Origin: Halomicrobium mukohataei DSM 12286
GTDB taxonomy: Archaea > Halobacteriota > Halobacteria > Halobacteriales > Haloarculaceae
NCBI RefSeq assembly: GCF_000023965.1
Contig: NC_013202.1
Span: 30,001 to 62,000 of the forward strand
Direction of reading: 5' to 3'
Length of the DNA stretch: 32,000 bases
In this document: in pieces, positions 1-7,922 of the stretch
Layout of the letters: each line of letters begins with the position of its first letter
Position numbering within the stretch: position 1 is the stretch's first letter
Translations under genes and position numbers: made by a program
Notes under the pieces: generated by a model
Told to the model about the DNA's origin: nothing
The model's database searches: none
Seen by the model: the letters and a program-made list of their open reading frames with translations, nothing else

Positions 1-1197
1 CGGCGAGATCACCGTCGTCCGGTGGCCGTTGGCGTCGAGTCGGATCGCAGAGCCGGCCACGCGATCGTCGGTCAGCGGCGAGAACACGACGATCTGGGCG
101 TCCGTCGGCGCGCGACGCCTGATCCGCTGGACCGCGGCGTAGAGGGAGGTCTCCGCGTCGGGCCCAGACGGAGAGAGCGCCGGCTCCGTCGAGAGGAACT
201 CGCGTGCTCGAACGCGGTGTTCGTCCCCGTTGCCCGGCGAGAGCCAACACTCCGTCGGCGACAGCGCCGTCAGCCCCACGTCGTGGCCCGCGTCGGTCAG
301 CGAGACGTAGGCGTGACCCGCCGCGTCGACGGCCGCGTCGAGCGCCGTCCGGGCCTGTGGCGCTGGGGCGGCGTACGCTGCCTGTCGGGCGTCGACCACC
401 AGCACGACCGAGACGCTGCGTTCGACCCGGTACTGGACGGTGGTGAGGTCACCAGTCCGGGCGGTGCGGTTCCAGTCGACCCGGTTCAGCGGGTCGCCCG
501 GCCGGTACTCGCGGGTCGCGTAGAACTCCACGCCGGGCCCGCCGGTGTCCGCCGGGAACCGTCCCGTGTGACGGGTGGTCTGTGACCGCAGCGGAAAGGA
601 GACGCTCTGGCTCGGCAGCGACGCCTCGCAGTCGACGGTGTCTGGCGCGTCGACCGTGCCGCGTCGCTCCGTGGCTCCGGACGCGTCCCGAGTGAGGATC
701 GTCGTCGGCTCGAACTCGTGGCGACCCCGCCGAGCCCGCAGCGAGTAGGCGAACGTCGTCTCCTCGCCCGGTCGGAGCGCGGTCGCCAGGCGGGGTGACC
801 CCTCGGCCACGGTCATCTTCGGCGGGACGCCGTCGACGAGCCGCAGGTCCGGCATCGTCCGGTCGCTCTCGTTGCGCACCGTCACGGTCACCGCGACGGT
901 GTCGTCGGTGTCGGGAGCGTCGTCGCTGATCGAGCGCTCGACGCTCACCTCGACCGGCGGCGGCGAGGTGACCTGCCCGTAGCCCGCGAAGGCGATCCCG
1001 AAGGCACTGGTCAGCAGGAGGCCGGACTCGCGGGTCAGGACCCCCGCTCCGAGCGCCAGGAGCGCGAAGACGGTGACGGCGTACCACCGCCTCGTCCGGC
1101 GGTCGACGACCGTGCCCGGCTCGATCTCGAACTCGGCCGCTTCGTCGGTCACGTCGGCAGAGCGCGTGGCCGCCGCCGGAATCGAGCTGAACGACAT
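1..1197 (-). CDS. DUF58 domain-containing protein (MoxR-operon type); 3' end cut by the window edge
   Basis: Absent from the ORF track because it runs off the left edge. Hand translation of the minus strand from ATG 1197..1195 is open for all 399 codons down to position 1. It reads MSFSSIPAAATRSADV...GVEFYATREYRPGDPLNRVDWNRTARTGDLTTVQYRVERSVSVVLVVDARQ, which carries the R-x-Y-x-x-GD-x-x-R-x-V-DW signature of DUF58. The start overlaps the upstream stop (TGATG). Confidence 0.8.
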   Translation of the reverse strand, partial: MSFSSIPAAATRSADVTDEAAEFEIEPGTVVDRRTRRWYAVTVFALLALGAGVLTRESGLLLTSAFGIAFAGYGQVTSPPPVEVSVERSISDDAPDTDDTVAVTVTVRNESDRTMPDLRLVDGVPPKMTVAEGSPRLATALRPGEETTFAYSLRARRGRHEFEPTTILTRDASGATERRGTVDAPDTVDCEASLPSQSVSFPLRSQTTRHTGRFPADTGGPGVEFYATREYRPGDPLNRVDWNRTARTGDLTTVQYRVERSVSVVLVVDARQAAYAAPAPQARTALDAAVDAAGHAYVSLTDAGHDVGLTALSPTECWLSPGNGDEHRVRAREFLSTEPALSPSGPDAETSLYAAVQRIRRRAPTDAQIVVFSPLTDDRVAGSAIRLDANGHRTTVISP

Positions 1198-1772
1198 CAG
1201 GCCTCACCACCGTCCTCGACGATGCGGTCGAGCTCTGCGGCCACGCGGCCGGCACGTCGCGGGAACGGCCCCGACCCCCAGAACGTGCCGGTGACGGACT
1301 CGCGCAGCGACGAGCCGGCACCGCTGGCGGACGCGAAGAACTCCGCCGCAAGCTCGTCGTCGGTCCAGGTGCCCGCTTCGAGGCGGCGGCGCGCTTCCGT
1401 CTCGGAGAGCCCACGGTACTGTGTCAGCACCGACAGCGCCGCGTCTTCGAGGTCGCTCCGGACCGCGAGCGCCCGCTGGTCTCCACCGGAGACGCCGAAC
1501 GAGGGGGCCTGCGAGAGTACGGCGTCGAACTCGTCGCCCGGCACGGCGGCCGGCCGGCCACGCTCCGGCTCGGGGAGCGAGCCGGCGTCTGGGTCCCGCC
1601 CGAACCACTGGTAGGCGCGATACAGGCCCGCGAGGACCGCGAGGCCAGCGAGCACCGTCGGGAGCAACGGCGGCAGCGAAACGACGGCGACGGCGTCGGG
1701 AGCGAACGCGAGCACGAGGCCGACGACGGCGGCACCCGTCGCGCCTGCCAACAGGAGCCTGCGGCGGTTCAT
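1197..1772 (-). CDS. Hypothetical two-TM membrane protein of the MoxR/DUF58/DUF4129 operon
   Basis: This is the C-terminal 191 aa of track ORF 1197..2438, starting at ATG 1772 (MNRRRLLLAGATGAAVVGLVLAF...). The N-terminal part of the track ORF is Arg-rich shadow frame. An ATGA overlap with the upstream stop (1769..1772) and a TGATG overlap with the downstream start suggest translational coupling. Confidence 0.7.
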   Translation of the reverse strand: MNRRRLLLAGATGAAVVGLVLAFAPDAVAVVSLPPLLPTVLAGLAVLAGLYRAYQWFGRDPDAGSLPEPERGRPAAVPGDEFDAVLSQAPSFGVSGGDQRALAVRSDLEDAALSVLTQYRGLSETEARRRLEAGTWTDDELAAEFFASASGAGSSLRESVTGTFWGSGPFPRRAGRVAAELDRIVEDGGEA

Positions 1773-2710
1773 CGGTCGCCCTCCGAGCGCAGCCGATCCA
1801 GCGCGGACCGCGCGCTCGTCTCGCGCTCGCTGGTCGGCGGGCGCTGGCCGTACCGGACCTCGCGGAAGCGGTCGGTCAGCGTCGCCACGGCGTCTCGGTC
1901 GAAGCCCGCCACCCGCGCACGAGCGGCGATCTCCGCGGGCGTCTGGGTCCGGCGGTCGGCGTCCTCGACCTCGCTCGCAAGCTCCCGCCAGGCCCGATAG
2001 ACCGCGTTGGTCGCCTCGGCGTCGGCGTCTTCGAACCGGCCGCTCGCGCGTGAGTCCGCGACGGTGTCCGGCTCGCGGGACGGCCCGGGAGCGTCGGCGA
2101 CAGTTCCCGTCGACGCGTCGCCGTCTGGCGTCAGCCGCGACGCGAGCACGACGAGGCCGGCCACGAGGACGACCGCGCCGATCACGAGCGCGACCAGCGG
2201 GAGCGCGTCGGACACCGCGTCTGTGGCGACGGCGCTGGCGGAGCCGCCGCCTTCGAGGTGCTCTGGCGATCCCGAGGTCGAGCGCTCGGTGTCGGGCTCG
2301 CCCCAGGAGAGCGTGAACAGCTGGGAGCCAAACAGCACGAGCCAGGCGACACCTGCGGGGACGACGGTGGTGACGGCGTGTTTGAGCAGTTCGGGCACCG
2401 CGCTGGCACCCTCTCGCCACAGTCGATACCCGACCCACGCCAGGTACGCGGCGGTGCCACCGACGAGCAGGAGTTGCAACGCGGGGCCGACCCAGTTGCC
2501 GAACGGAGACGAGGCGTTCGGGGCGGCCGTATCGGCCATCTGCTCGGCGGTGTAGCCGGTACCGTCCGACGAACCCGCTCCCGCGCCCTCACTCTCGCCA
2601 GTCCCGACCGCCGTGGCGGTCTCTGGACTGTCGAGCCCCGCCGCGGCGGCGGAGATCGCGAGGACCCCCAACACGACGACGAGCGCCGGTCCGATGCGGT
2701 CGATAGTCAT
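1769..2710 (-). CDS. DUF4129 domain-containing membrane protein
   Basis: Track ORF 1769..2734. The C-terminus (TPAEIAARARVAGFDRDAVATLTDRFREVRYGQRPP) matches the DUF4129 pattern found next to DUF58/MoxR genes. ATG 2710 (MTIDRIGPALVVVLGVLAI...) is preferred over GTG 2734 because a TATA-like TAATTTTA lies about 31 nt upstream of it. Confidence 0.75.
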   Translation of the reverse strand: MTIDRIGPALVVVLGVLAISAAAAGLDSPETATAVGTGESEGAGAGSSDGTGYTAEQMADTAAPNASSPFGNWVGPALQLLLVGGTAAYLAWVGYRLWREGASAVPELLKHAVTTVVPAGVAWLVLFGSQLFTLSWGEPDTERSTSGSPEHLEGGGSASAVATDAVSDALPLVALVIGAVVLVAGLVVLASRLTPDGDASTGTVADAPGPSREPDTVADSRASGRFEDADAEATNAVYRAWRELASEVEDADRRTQTPAEIAARARVAGFDRDAVATLTDRFREVRYGQRPPTSERETSARSALDRLRSEGDR

Positions 2711-2803
2711 CGACGGCCCGTTCGAGACACGCACACGTAAAATTACAGTATCAAAGCGCCGATGGATAGCCGGAGCGCGTCGGTCGAAGGCGGTCCGCGG
2801 CGA

Positions 2804-4399
2804 TCACGCGCCGTCGGGATCGCCGTAGCCGCCACCGCCCGGCGTCTCGACTCTGACGGTGGTGCCGGCCTCGACCGCGCGGGTGTGCTTCGAGGCAACG
2901 GCCTCGCCGTCGACGAAGTTCTCGCCGACGGTCCCGTCTGTGCCGCCGGCTCGTCCCGCTGGCGGCGTCTGGCGGCGATCGGTCAGGAGCGAGACGGTGG
3001 CGTCGGTCTCGACGACGATCTCACGGACGAGTCCGTCACCGCCGCGATGGCGGCCGGAGCCTCCCGTGTCGGAGCGCAGCGAGTACTCGGCGACCCGCAG
3101 CGGGTACGCCGCCTCCAGCGCCTCGACCGGCGTGTTTCGCGTGTTCGTCATCCCCACCTGGACGCCGGAGGCACCGTCCCGGTTCGGCGTCGCGCCCGCG
3201 CCGCCGCCGATGGTCTCGTAGTAGGTGAAGTCCGGTCCCCCGACGACGAGATTGTTCATCGTCCCCTGGCTCTCGGCCGGGACGCGGTCGGGTGCGGCCT
3301 CGGCGAGCGCGTCGAAGACGACCTCGGTGATCCGCTGGCTCGTCTCGACGTTGCCGCCGACGACCGCTGCGGGCGGCGTCGGATTCAGCAGCGATCCCTC
3401 GGGAGCTTCGACCGTGACGGGATCGTAACAGCCCTGGTTCGGTGGGATCTCCGGGTCCGTGATACATCGTATGACGTAGTAGACGGCGCTCTCGGCGACG
3501 GCGAGCGGCGCGTTCACGTTGCCCGCGACCTGCGGGGCGGTCCCCTCGAAGTCGACCGTCACCGCGCCGTCCGCGACGGTCACGGTCGCCTCGATCGGTA
3601 CCGCCGTGTCGGTCACGCCGTCGCCCTCGATCGTCCCGGCGGCCTCGTAGGTGCCCGGTTCGAGGGCCGACAGCTCTCGCTCCATCCGCGCTCGCGAGTA
3701 GTCGACGACGGCGTCGAAGGCCGCGAGCAGCCCCTCACCGTGGTCGTCGAGCAGCTCTCCGATCCGGCGGGCACCGCGCTCGTTGGCGGCCAGTTGGGCC
3801 TGTACGTCGGCCCGGCGCTGGGCCGGGTTGCGGACGTTCGCCAGCACCAGCTCTAACACGTCGTCGACCACCGTTCCGTCGGCGACGATCCGGACCGGCG
3901 GCACGCGCAGCCCCTCCTGCTGGATCTCGCGTGCCCCGGCGGGCATGCTGCCGGGAGCCATCCCGCCCACGTCGGCGTGATGTGCCCGCGAGACGGCGTA
4001 CGCCACGATATCGTCGTCTCCGGTAGGTCGGTCGCCGGACCGGGACCGACCACCAGCTCCCGCCCCGATCGGCGAGACGAAGGTCACGTCCGGGAGGTGG
4101 GTGCCACCGGCGAAGGGGTCGTTGAGCGCGAACACGTCGCCGGGCCGTGGATCCCGGTCCCGGATCGCGTCGACGGCACGGGGCATCGCCCCGAGGTGGA
4201 CCGGGATGTGTTCGGCCTGTGCGACCAGCCGCCCGTCGGCGTCGAACAGCGCGGTCGAGCAGTCCCGACGCTCGGTGATGTTGGGCGAGTAGGCACCCCG
4301 AATCAGCACCTCGCCCATCTCCTCTGCGACGCTCTCCAGTTGGTTCCGGAGGATCTCCAGTTCGACCGCGTCGACGGCGTCGACGGCGTCGTCGGTCAC
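2804..4399 (-). CDS. hyuB: Hydantoinase B/oxoprolinase family protein
   Basis: Track ORF 2804..4450, a full-length match by eye to the HyuB family (ILRNQLESVAEEMG..., NDPFAGGTHLPD, GGGGYGDP). GTG 4399 gives a GTGA overlap with the hyuA stop; the alternative start is 4450. Confidence 0.9.
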   Translation of the reverse strand: MTDDAVDAVDAVELEILRNQLESVAEEMGEVLIRGAYSPNITERRDCSTALFDADGRLVAQAEHIPVHLGAMPRAVDAIRDRDPRPGDVFALNDPFAGGTHLPDVTFVSPIGAGAGGRSRSGDRPTGDDDIVAYAVSRAHHADVGGMAPGSMPAGAREIQQEGLRVPPVRIVADGTVVDDVLELVLANVRNPAQRRADVQAQLAANERGARRIGELLDDHGEGLLAAFDAVVDYSRARMERELSALEPGTYEAAGTIEGDGVTDTAVPIEATVTVADGAVTVDFEGTAPQVAGNVNAPLAVAESAVYYVIRCITDPEIPPNQGCYDPVTVEAPEGSLLNPTPPAAVVGGNVETSQRITEVVFDALAEAAPDRVPAESQGTMNNLVVGGPDFTYYETIGGGAGATPNRDGASGVQVGMTNTRNTPVEALEAAYPLRVAEYSLRSDTGGSGRHRGGDGLVREIVVETDATVSLLTDRRQTPPAGRAGGTDGTVGENFVDGEAVASKHTRAVEAGTTVRVETPGGGGYGDPDGA

Positions 4400-6381
4400 G
4401 CCGATCCCTCCAGGCGGATCGTCCCCTCGTCGTCGGCGACGAGCGTCCACCCCGGCGGGCAGACGACGGTGCTCTCGCCGCCCTCGACGATCGCGGGGCC
4501 GTCGATCGACCGTTCCGGTACCAGCGCCGGCCAGTCGTAGATCGGCGTCTCACGACGCCCGTCTCCGAAGACCGCCTCGCGGGTCCCGACCCGCGGCTCG
4601 CCGCCCCCTTCGAAGGATCGCTCCGGAGCCGTCCCCTCGATCGTCGCCGTGACGCGGCAGTTGACCAGCTCGACGGGTTCGTCGTCGAGCCGGTAGTCCC
4701 GCGCGCGCTCGTGTGCCGCGTGGAACCGCTCTCGCAGGTCGGCGGGGCGGAACGGCTCGCTCACGTCGACGGTGAGTTCGTGGCTCTGGCCGACGTAGCG
4801 GAGGTCCGCCTGCCGGCGATACGTCGCCGCGTCGGGATCGCTCACGTCCGCACGGACGCGGCCGCGGAGGTCCTCGTATACGTCCTCGATCGTCGCCCGC
4901 GTGGCGTCGCCCAGCGTCGTCCGGTGGGTTCTGACCGCGTCGTGGTGCTCGGCCGCCGCCAGCAGCCCGAACGCCGAGAGGACGCCGCTGGCTCGCGGGA
5001 CCACCACCCGATCGACGCCGAGTCGATCGGCCAGCGGGGCGGCGTGCATCGGCCCGGCTCCGCCGAAGGCGGCCAGCGCGAACCGCCGAGGGTCGTGTCC
5101 GCGCTCGGTCGTCACGCCGCGGATCGCTCGCGTCATCGTCGCGTTGGCGACCCGGAAGACTCCCCGCGCCGCGTCGACCGGGCCGTCGAGGTCCGCCGCC
5201 GTCGCGAGATCGTCCAGCGCGGCCACGGCAGCGTCGGCGTCGAGACCGAGGTCGGCACCGAGCGTCGTGTCGGGGCCGAGATACCCCAGCACGAGCGCGG
5301 CGTCGGTCACCGTCGGTTCGGTCCCGCCCCGGCCGTAGCAGGCTGGACCGGGGTCGGCACCGGCCGACGCCGGGCCGACGCGGAGCGCACCCCCGGCGTC
5401 GACGCCGGCGATCGATCCCCCGCCCGCGCCGACGGTCTCGACGTCGACCATCGGGATCCGGATCGGGTGACCGCCGACGGCCGCCTCGGTCGTCCGCTCG
5501 ACCGAGCCGTCCCGGACCAGCGACACGTCGCTTGAGGTCCCGCCCATGTCGAACGTGATCACGCCGTCGGCGTCGTCGGGCTCGAAGGCGGCGGCACCGA
5601 CGACGCCCGCAGCGGGTCCGGACATGACGGTCGTCACCGCTCGCTCGCGGACCGTGGCCGGATCGGCGATGCCGCCGTTTGCCTGCATGACCCGTGGTGC
5701 CGGGAGCCCGCGGTCGGCCGCCCGCTCCGCGAGCCGATCGAGGTAGTCGTCGACGACCGGCGTGAGGACGGCGTCGGCGACGGTCGTGGCCGTGCGTTCG
5801 TACTCGCGGAACTCGGACAGCACCTCGTGGCTGGCCGAGACGGGCACGTCGAGTTCGGACCGGAGGATCGCCGCCACACGCCGCTCGTTGTCCGGGTGAG
5901 CGTACGCGTGGAGGAAGGCGACCGCGACCGCGTCGGCGTCGATCTCCGCGGCCAGCGCCCGCACCTCGTCGGGATCGACCGGCCGCTCGACGCCGTCGGT
6001 CGTCGCACGTTCGTCGAGTTCGTAGCGCCGCGCTGCGGGGACGAGCGGCGTCGGTCCTCGCGCGTCCAGATCGTAGAGACTGGGACGGTCCTGTCGGCCG
6101 ATCGCGAGCACGTCGGCGAAGCCCTCGGTCGTGACCAGTGCCGTCGTCGCTCCCGACCGTTCGAGCATGGCGTTGACCGCGACGGTCGTGGCGTGGCGAA
6201 AGCGGTCGACAGCGGTCATCTCGACGCCGGCCCGGTCGCAGGCGCGTTCGACGCCGTCGAGTACGCCCTCGCTCTGATCTGCCGTCGTGGGTACTTTCGC
6301 CGTCGTCAGCCGTCCGTCGGCGACGACAACCACGTCCGTGAAGGTGCCGCCCACGTCGACCCCCAGCAGCGTCTCGTCCAT
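4396..6381 (-). CDS. hyuA: Hydantoinase/oxoprolinase family protein (A subunit)
   Basis: Track ORF of 661 aa with N-terminal GVDVGGTFTDVV and internal ITFDMGGTSSDVS, the hydantoinase_A/actin-like ATPase motifs. The ATG start is confirmed at 6381. Confidence 0.9.
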   Translation of the reverse strand: MDETLLGVDVGGTFTDVVVVADGRLTTAKVPTTADQSEGVLDGVERACDRAGVEMTAVDRFRHATTVAVNAMLERSGATTALVTTEGFADVLAIGRQDRPSLYDLDARGPTPLVPAARRYELDERATTDGVERPVDPDEVRALAAEIDADAVAVAFLHAYAHPDNERRVAAILRSELDVPVSASHEVLSEFREYERTATTVADAVLTPVVDDYLDRLAERAADRGLPAPRVMQANGGIADPATVRERAVTTVMSGPAAGVVGAAAFEPDDADGVITFDMGGTSSDVSLVRDGSVERTTEAAVGGHPIRIPMVDVETVGAGGGSIAGVDAGGALRVGPASAGADPGPACYGRGGTEPTVTDAALVLGYLGPDTTLGADLGLDADAAVAALDDLATAADLDGPVDAARGVFRVANATMTRAIRGVTTERGHDPRRFALAAFGGAGPMHAAPLADRLGVDRVVVPRASGVLSAFGLLAAAEHHDAVRTHRTTLGDATRATIEDVYEDLRGRVRADVSDPDAATYRRQADLRYVGQSHELTVDVSEPFRPADLRERFHAAHERARDYRLDDEPVELVNCRVTATIEGTAPERSFEGGGEPRVGTREAVFGDGRRETPIYDWPALVPERSIDGPAIVEGGESTVVCPPGWTLVADDEGTIRLEGSA

Positions 6382-6403
6382 ATCGGTCGCTGGGTCGGCT
6401 GGA

Positions 6404-6410
6404 GATAAAC
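6404..6410 (-). promoter_or_regulatory. TATA-like box (GTTTATC on minus strand) about 26 nt upstream of the hyuA ATG
   Basis: An AT-rich heptamer in a GC-rich spacer at the distance expected for a leaderless haloarchaeal transcript. Confidence 0.3.
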
Positions 6411-6637
6411 TGTTGTGACTCGGCTACAGATCGTGTTCAGATAAGCCGGTGCATCGTCTGCAACTCATACTGCCGGCTGTAACTTCGTGAAGATCTTCGC
6501 CACCCCAGGGTGGCGAAATCGTTCACATATTTAGAGCCGGTAGTATCAGCAAGCGCGGTCGCTTATTTGAACACCACCGTCGGCGGCGGTGTCCTCGCCC
6601 TGCTCGCGGTGCTCGGGGTCGGGCTGCGCCTTCGCGA

Positions 6638-6722
6638 CTATAGTAGCCATTGAAAATCAATGCACACCCGATCGCACGACGGCAGTGCGATCGGTGTGTA
6701 ATCGTTTCAATTGTTACTATAG
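6638..6722. repeat. 85-bp imperfect palindrome, MITE-like (copy A)
   Basis: Sequence: CTATAGTAGCCATTGAAAATCAATGCACACCCGATCGCAC-GACGGCA-GTGCGATCGGTGTGTAATCGTTTCAATTGTTACTATAG. The two arms pair over most of their length. Its reverse complement matches 28244..28329 except for 2 substitutions and 1 indel (aligned by hand). Confidence 0.85.
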
Positions 6723-6846
6723 ACGACCGTCCCGCCAGTCGGCGTCGAGGCCGAGACGGGTCGACGACGCCAGCACGGGCGTGGCAACCGAACGACAATT
6801 TTTATTACCACCATAGCTGCAGTTAGTTTTGAAACAGGAGACAACG

Positions 6847-7899
6847 ATGTCACGCTATTACCCACCAACACCCGTCCTCGTCGCCGTCCTCGTCGGCGCG
6901 GCACTGACCGGCGGCGTCGCCGCACAGACAGACACCGCCGAGACACCGACCGCGTCGTTCACCCACGAGGAGACTCTGACCGTCGAATCCGGGCCGAACC
7001 AACAGATCCGCGGGACGACGTCACTGGAAGCGGGCGCGGAAGTGACGGTCAGGATCCGGTCGGCGAACGCCAGCGATCCGTTCATGGCGCGGCCGACCGC
7101 GACCGTCGACGAGAACGGCGCGTTCACCGTCACGGCGAACCTGAGCAACATGTCGCCGGGAACGACGTTCACGGCGGAGCTCCGCATCGATGGAGAGGCG
7201 TACGCGGAAACGACCGGGCAGGTCGTCGAGTGCGCGGACGACTGCGATGGGACGGCGGCCGAGACACAGAGCCCGACAGAGACCGCCGCGTCCGACACCG
7301 GGACGCATACGGTCACGGAAAGAGAGCCACTGACGACCGACGAACCGGGCTTTGCCACAGCTCCGCGCGTTCTGACGGTTCGAGAAGGAGACTCGGCGGA
7401 GCTACTCGTCTCGACCGGCAGCCGCGATCGGGTCGCCCTGGTGATCGGCAGCGAGGACGCAAACTATCGACTCAACGCGACGCTCGTCGACGGTGACGGT
7501 GACGGGCACGTCGCGGCGATGTTCGACACCGGGGCTGCGGGACGCCCCGCGACGACACTGACGGCAGCCAGCGAGGGCGACCGCGTCGTGATTGACTCGG
7601 AGACCGAAAGCGGGATCGAACTCGCGGAGTACGATATGGACCTCTACGCAAGCCGTAACCACGACGACATCCTCGCACTCGGGACGCTGTCGGTCCGCAG
7701 TGCTGGTGGAGAGTCGACTGAGAACGAGACATCCGATTCGGTGTCGGCGCAATCCGAGACGACCGTCGCTGACACCGCAACCGCCGACAACCGATCCGCG
7801 ACGACGGCGAGCGATGGGCCGGGCTTTGGCGTCTTCGGCGCGCTCGCTGGAATGATCCTCTCGATCGGGGCCGGCGCTCTCCGATCGAAACGCGACTGA
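6847..7899 (+). CDS. Secreted surface (glyco)protein with PGF-CTERM anchor
   Basis: Track ORF 6829..7899 begins at TTG; the first ATG is 6847 (MSRYYPPTPVLVAVLVGAALTGGVAAQ, a Sec-type signal). The C-terminus DGPGFGVFGALAGMILSIGAGALRSKRD is a PGF-CTERM archaeosortase signal. There are several N-x-S/T sequons. Confidence 0.8.
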   Translation: MSRYYPPTPVLVAVLVGAALTGGVAAQTDTAETPTASFTHEETLTVESGPNQQIRGTTSLEAGAEVTVRIRSANASDPFMARPTATVDENGAFTVTANLSNMSPGTTFTAELRIDGEAYAETTGQVVECADDCDGTAAETQSPTETAASDTGTHTVTEREPLTTDEPGFATAPRVLTVREGDSAELLVSTGSRDRVALVIGSEDANYRLNATLVDGDGDGHVAAMFDTGAAGRPATTLTAASEGDRVVIDSETESGIELAEYDMDLYASRNHDDILALGTLSVRSAGGESTENETSDSVSAQSETTVADTATADNRSATTASDGPGFGVFGALAGMILSIGAGALRSKRD

Positions 7900-7922
7900 C
7901 AATCTGGCCCGTGGGTACCGGC

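Noticed and set aside
449-1414. Long Arg/Pro/Gly-rich ORFs throughout the track, for example 449..1414(-), 7402..8718(-), 7911..9503(+), 11705..12646(-), 13747..14904(-), 18269..19456(-), 18931..20160(+), 20235..21371(+), 20311..21504(-), 30646..31935(+) and 31142..31978(-).
   Set aside because: They overlap, in other frames or on the opposite strand, genes with clear family signatures. Their translations are low-complexity R/P/G/A strings typical of shadow ORFs in high-GC DNA.
6523-6816. ORFs 6523..6798(-) and 6589..6816(+), and their mirror images 27964..28317(-) and 28093..28329(+), share peptide strings such as CYY/NRFN.
   Set aside because: The similarity is an artefact of translating the two copies of the palindromic repeat. 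Outside the repeat the ORFs are Arg-rich or low-complexity.
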